Below, in pieces: positions 24,245 through 25,426 of a stretch of DNA of 25,426 nucleotides. The notes below the pieces were generated by a model that searched no databases, was not told the DNA's origin, and saw only the letters and a program-made list of their open reading frames with translations. Within the stretch, counting starts at the first letter, position 1; each line of letters starts with the position of its first letter. Source of the DNA: Candidatus Harrisonbacteria bacterium RIFCSPLOWO2_02_FULL_45_10c (GTDB lineage: Bacteria > Patescibacteriota > Minisyncoccia > UBA6257 > 02-FULL-45-10c); assembly GCA_001818705.1 (NCBI GenBank), contig MHJM01000010.1, positions 1 through 25,426 of the forward strand, written 5' to 3'. Made by a program: the position numbers and the translations under genes.

Positions 24245-25288
24245 ATGGACATTTTTTCAGTAATTCTTTTAATTATTGTGGTAATCGGTTTTGGGGTAGT
24301 TTTTTGGACGTTGCGGAGCAGGAAAGAAGAGCCGAAGACCGACGACCGGGCTTTTCAAATGCTTCAGAATCAGATGAATGAAATTACCCGTACCCTGGAT
24401 ACCAAGCTCGGAGAATCAACGAGCGCGATGCAGCGGCAATTCAGTGAAAGCCACCGGATTGTCCGAGACGTGACTGAACGGCTGACTAAGCTCGATGAAA
24501 CGAATAAACAGGTCGTCAGCTTTGCCGACCAGTTGAAAAATCTTCAGGATATTCTGAAGAATCCGAAACAGCGCGGCATTCTGGGGGAATATTATCTAGA
24601 AACGGTTCTGAAAAATGTTTTGCCGCCGGATTCGTATCAGATGCAATATGCCTTTAAAGACGGGGTAATTGTGGACGCGGCAGTTTTTATTGATAAGCGG
24701 ATTATCCCGATTGATTCCAAGTTCAGTCTGGAAAATTACAACCGGATTTTGGAGGCGCGGGACGCAACGGAGAGAAAACGATACGAAAGCGCGCTGGTGG
24801 CGGATATTAAAACCCGGATTGATGAAACTTCCAAATACGTGAAACCGGAAGAGGATACGATGGATTTTGCTTTTATGTTCATTCCTTCCGAAGCGATTTA
24901 TTACGACCTTCTTATTAATAAGGTTGGGGCGGTAACCGACGATACGAACAGCTTGGTGCAGTACGCCGCGAAAAAACGCGTAATTATCGTGTCACCGACG
25001 TCGTTTCTGGCGTATTTACAGACGGTATTGCAGGGATTGCGGAATCAGAAAATTTCCGAGCAGGCGAAAGACATTATCAAACAGGTGGAAAATCTCAGCA
25101 AGCATCTCGGCGCCTATGACGGTTACATGCAAAAGTTGGGGAAAAATTTAAGCACTTCCGTCAACATGTATAACAGCACCTATAAAGAGTTCGGGAAAAT
25201 AGACAAGGATGTTTTGAAAATCAGCGGCGAGGCCATTGGCATTGAACCGGAACTTTTAGAGAAGCCCGAAATTGCAGAGATAGAATGA
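24245..25288 (+). CDS. rmuC: DNA recombination protein RmuC
   Basis: N-terminal TM helix and coiled coil; NPKQRGILGE, IDSKF, DFAFMFIPSEAIY and VSPTSF motifs. Confidence 0.92.
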   Translation: MDIFSVILLIIVVIGFGVVFWTLRSRKEEPKTDDRAFQMLQNQMNEITRTLDTKLGESTSAMQRQFSESHRIVRDVTERLTKLDETNKQVVSFADQLKNLQDILKNPKQRGILGEYYLETVLKNVLPPDSYQMQYAFKDGVIVDAAVFIDKRIIPIDSKFSLENYNRILEARDATERKRYESALVADIKTRIDETSKYVKPEEDTMDFAFMFIPSEAIYYDLLINKVGAVTDDTNSLVQYAAKKRVIIVSPTSFLAYLQTVLQGLRNQKISEQAKDIIKQVENLSKHLGAYDGYMQKLGKNLSTSVNMYNSTYKEFGKIDKDVLKISGEAIGIEPELLEKPEIAEIE

Positions 25289-25426
25289 ATCTTTTTGATA
25301 AAAAATGGGCTGTGTTCCAGAAACGGCTGTGGCCGTTCCGTTTTATTCCGTTTATAGATTTCGTGCTGGCGGCCGGTTCTTTGGCAACCGGCAATATGAA
25401 TGAAGATTCGGATTTTGACGTGATTG
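25285..25426 (+). CDS. Nucleotidyltransferase-domain protein, 3'-truncated
   Basis: ATGA overlap with the rmuC stop. Translates as MNLFDKKWAVFQKRLWPFRFIPFIDFVLAAGSLATGNMNEDSDFDVI, which contains a GS...DxD motif. Confidence 0.7.
   Translation, partial: MNLFDKKWAVFQKRLWPFRFIPFIDFVLAAGSLATGNMNEDSDFDVI

Noticed and set aside
2280-25288. Stop-codon reassignment (TGA=Gly, code 25)
   Set aside because: znuB, copA and rmuC end at TGA at their expected C-termini, and conserved genes contain no internal TGA.

Overview
A 25.4 kb chromosomal window, most likely from a Patescibacteria (CPR, Parcubacteria-like) genome. This is inferred from gene content and AT-rich promoters that look leaderless. TGA is a normal stop codon (code 11). 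Housekeeping genes include an SGNH esterase (partial), tRNA-Lys(UUU), znuC/znuB-like genes, a cyclophilin-secD-secF block, efp, an NTP-transferase, mnmA, a split comEC, rmuC and a partial nucleotidyltransferase. There is also a sigma70-region-4/winged-helix protein and a membrane protein paired with a TraD/VirD4-like ATPase. A minus-strand metal/thiol block (about 12.0-19.8 kb) holds a ccdA-like gene, a DUF1573-like gene, Cys-rich hypotheticals, csoR with its operator, a YHS protein (absent from the ORF track), a DUF2892-like gene, a lycopene-cyclase-like gene, copA and a DoxX-like gene. The most striking content is a set of dispersed, structured palindromic elements of about 100-270 bp. Family A has 3 copies, family B 4, family D 2, and element C is one three-armed structure with two related arms. 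Their loops are conserved while their stems differ in sequence but still pair. They cluster, nest inside one another, and carry outward-facing promoter parts. One copy sits in frame inside mnmA. No transposase, target-site duplication or CRISPR array is visible. All pairings were found by eye; no database search or folding program was run.
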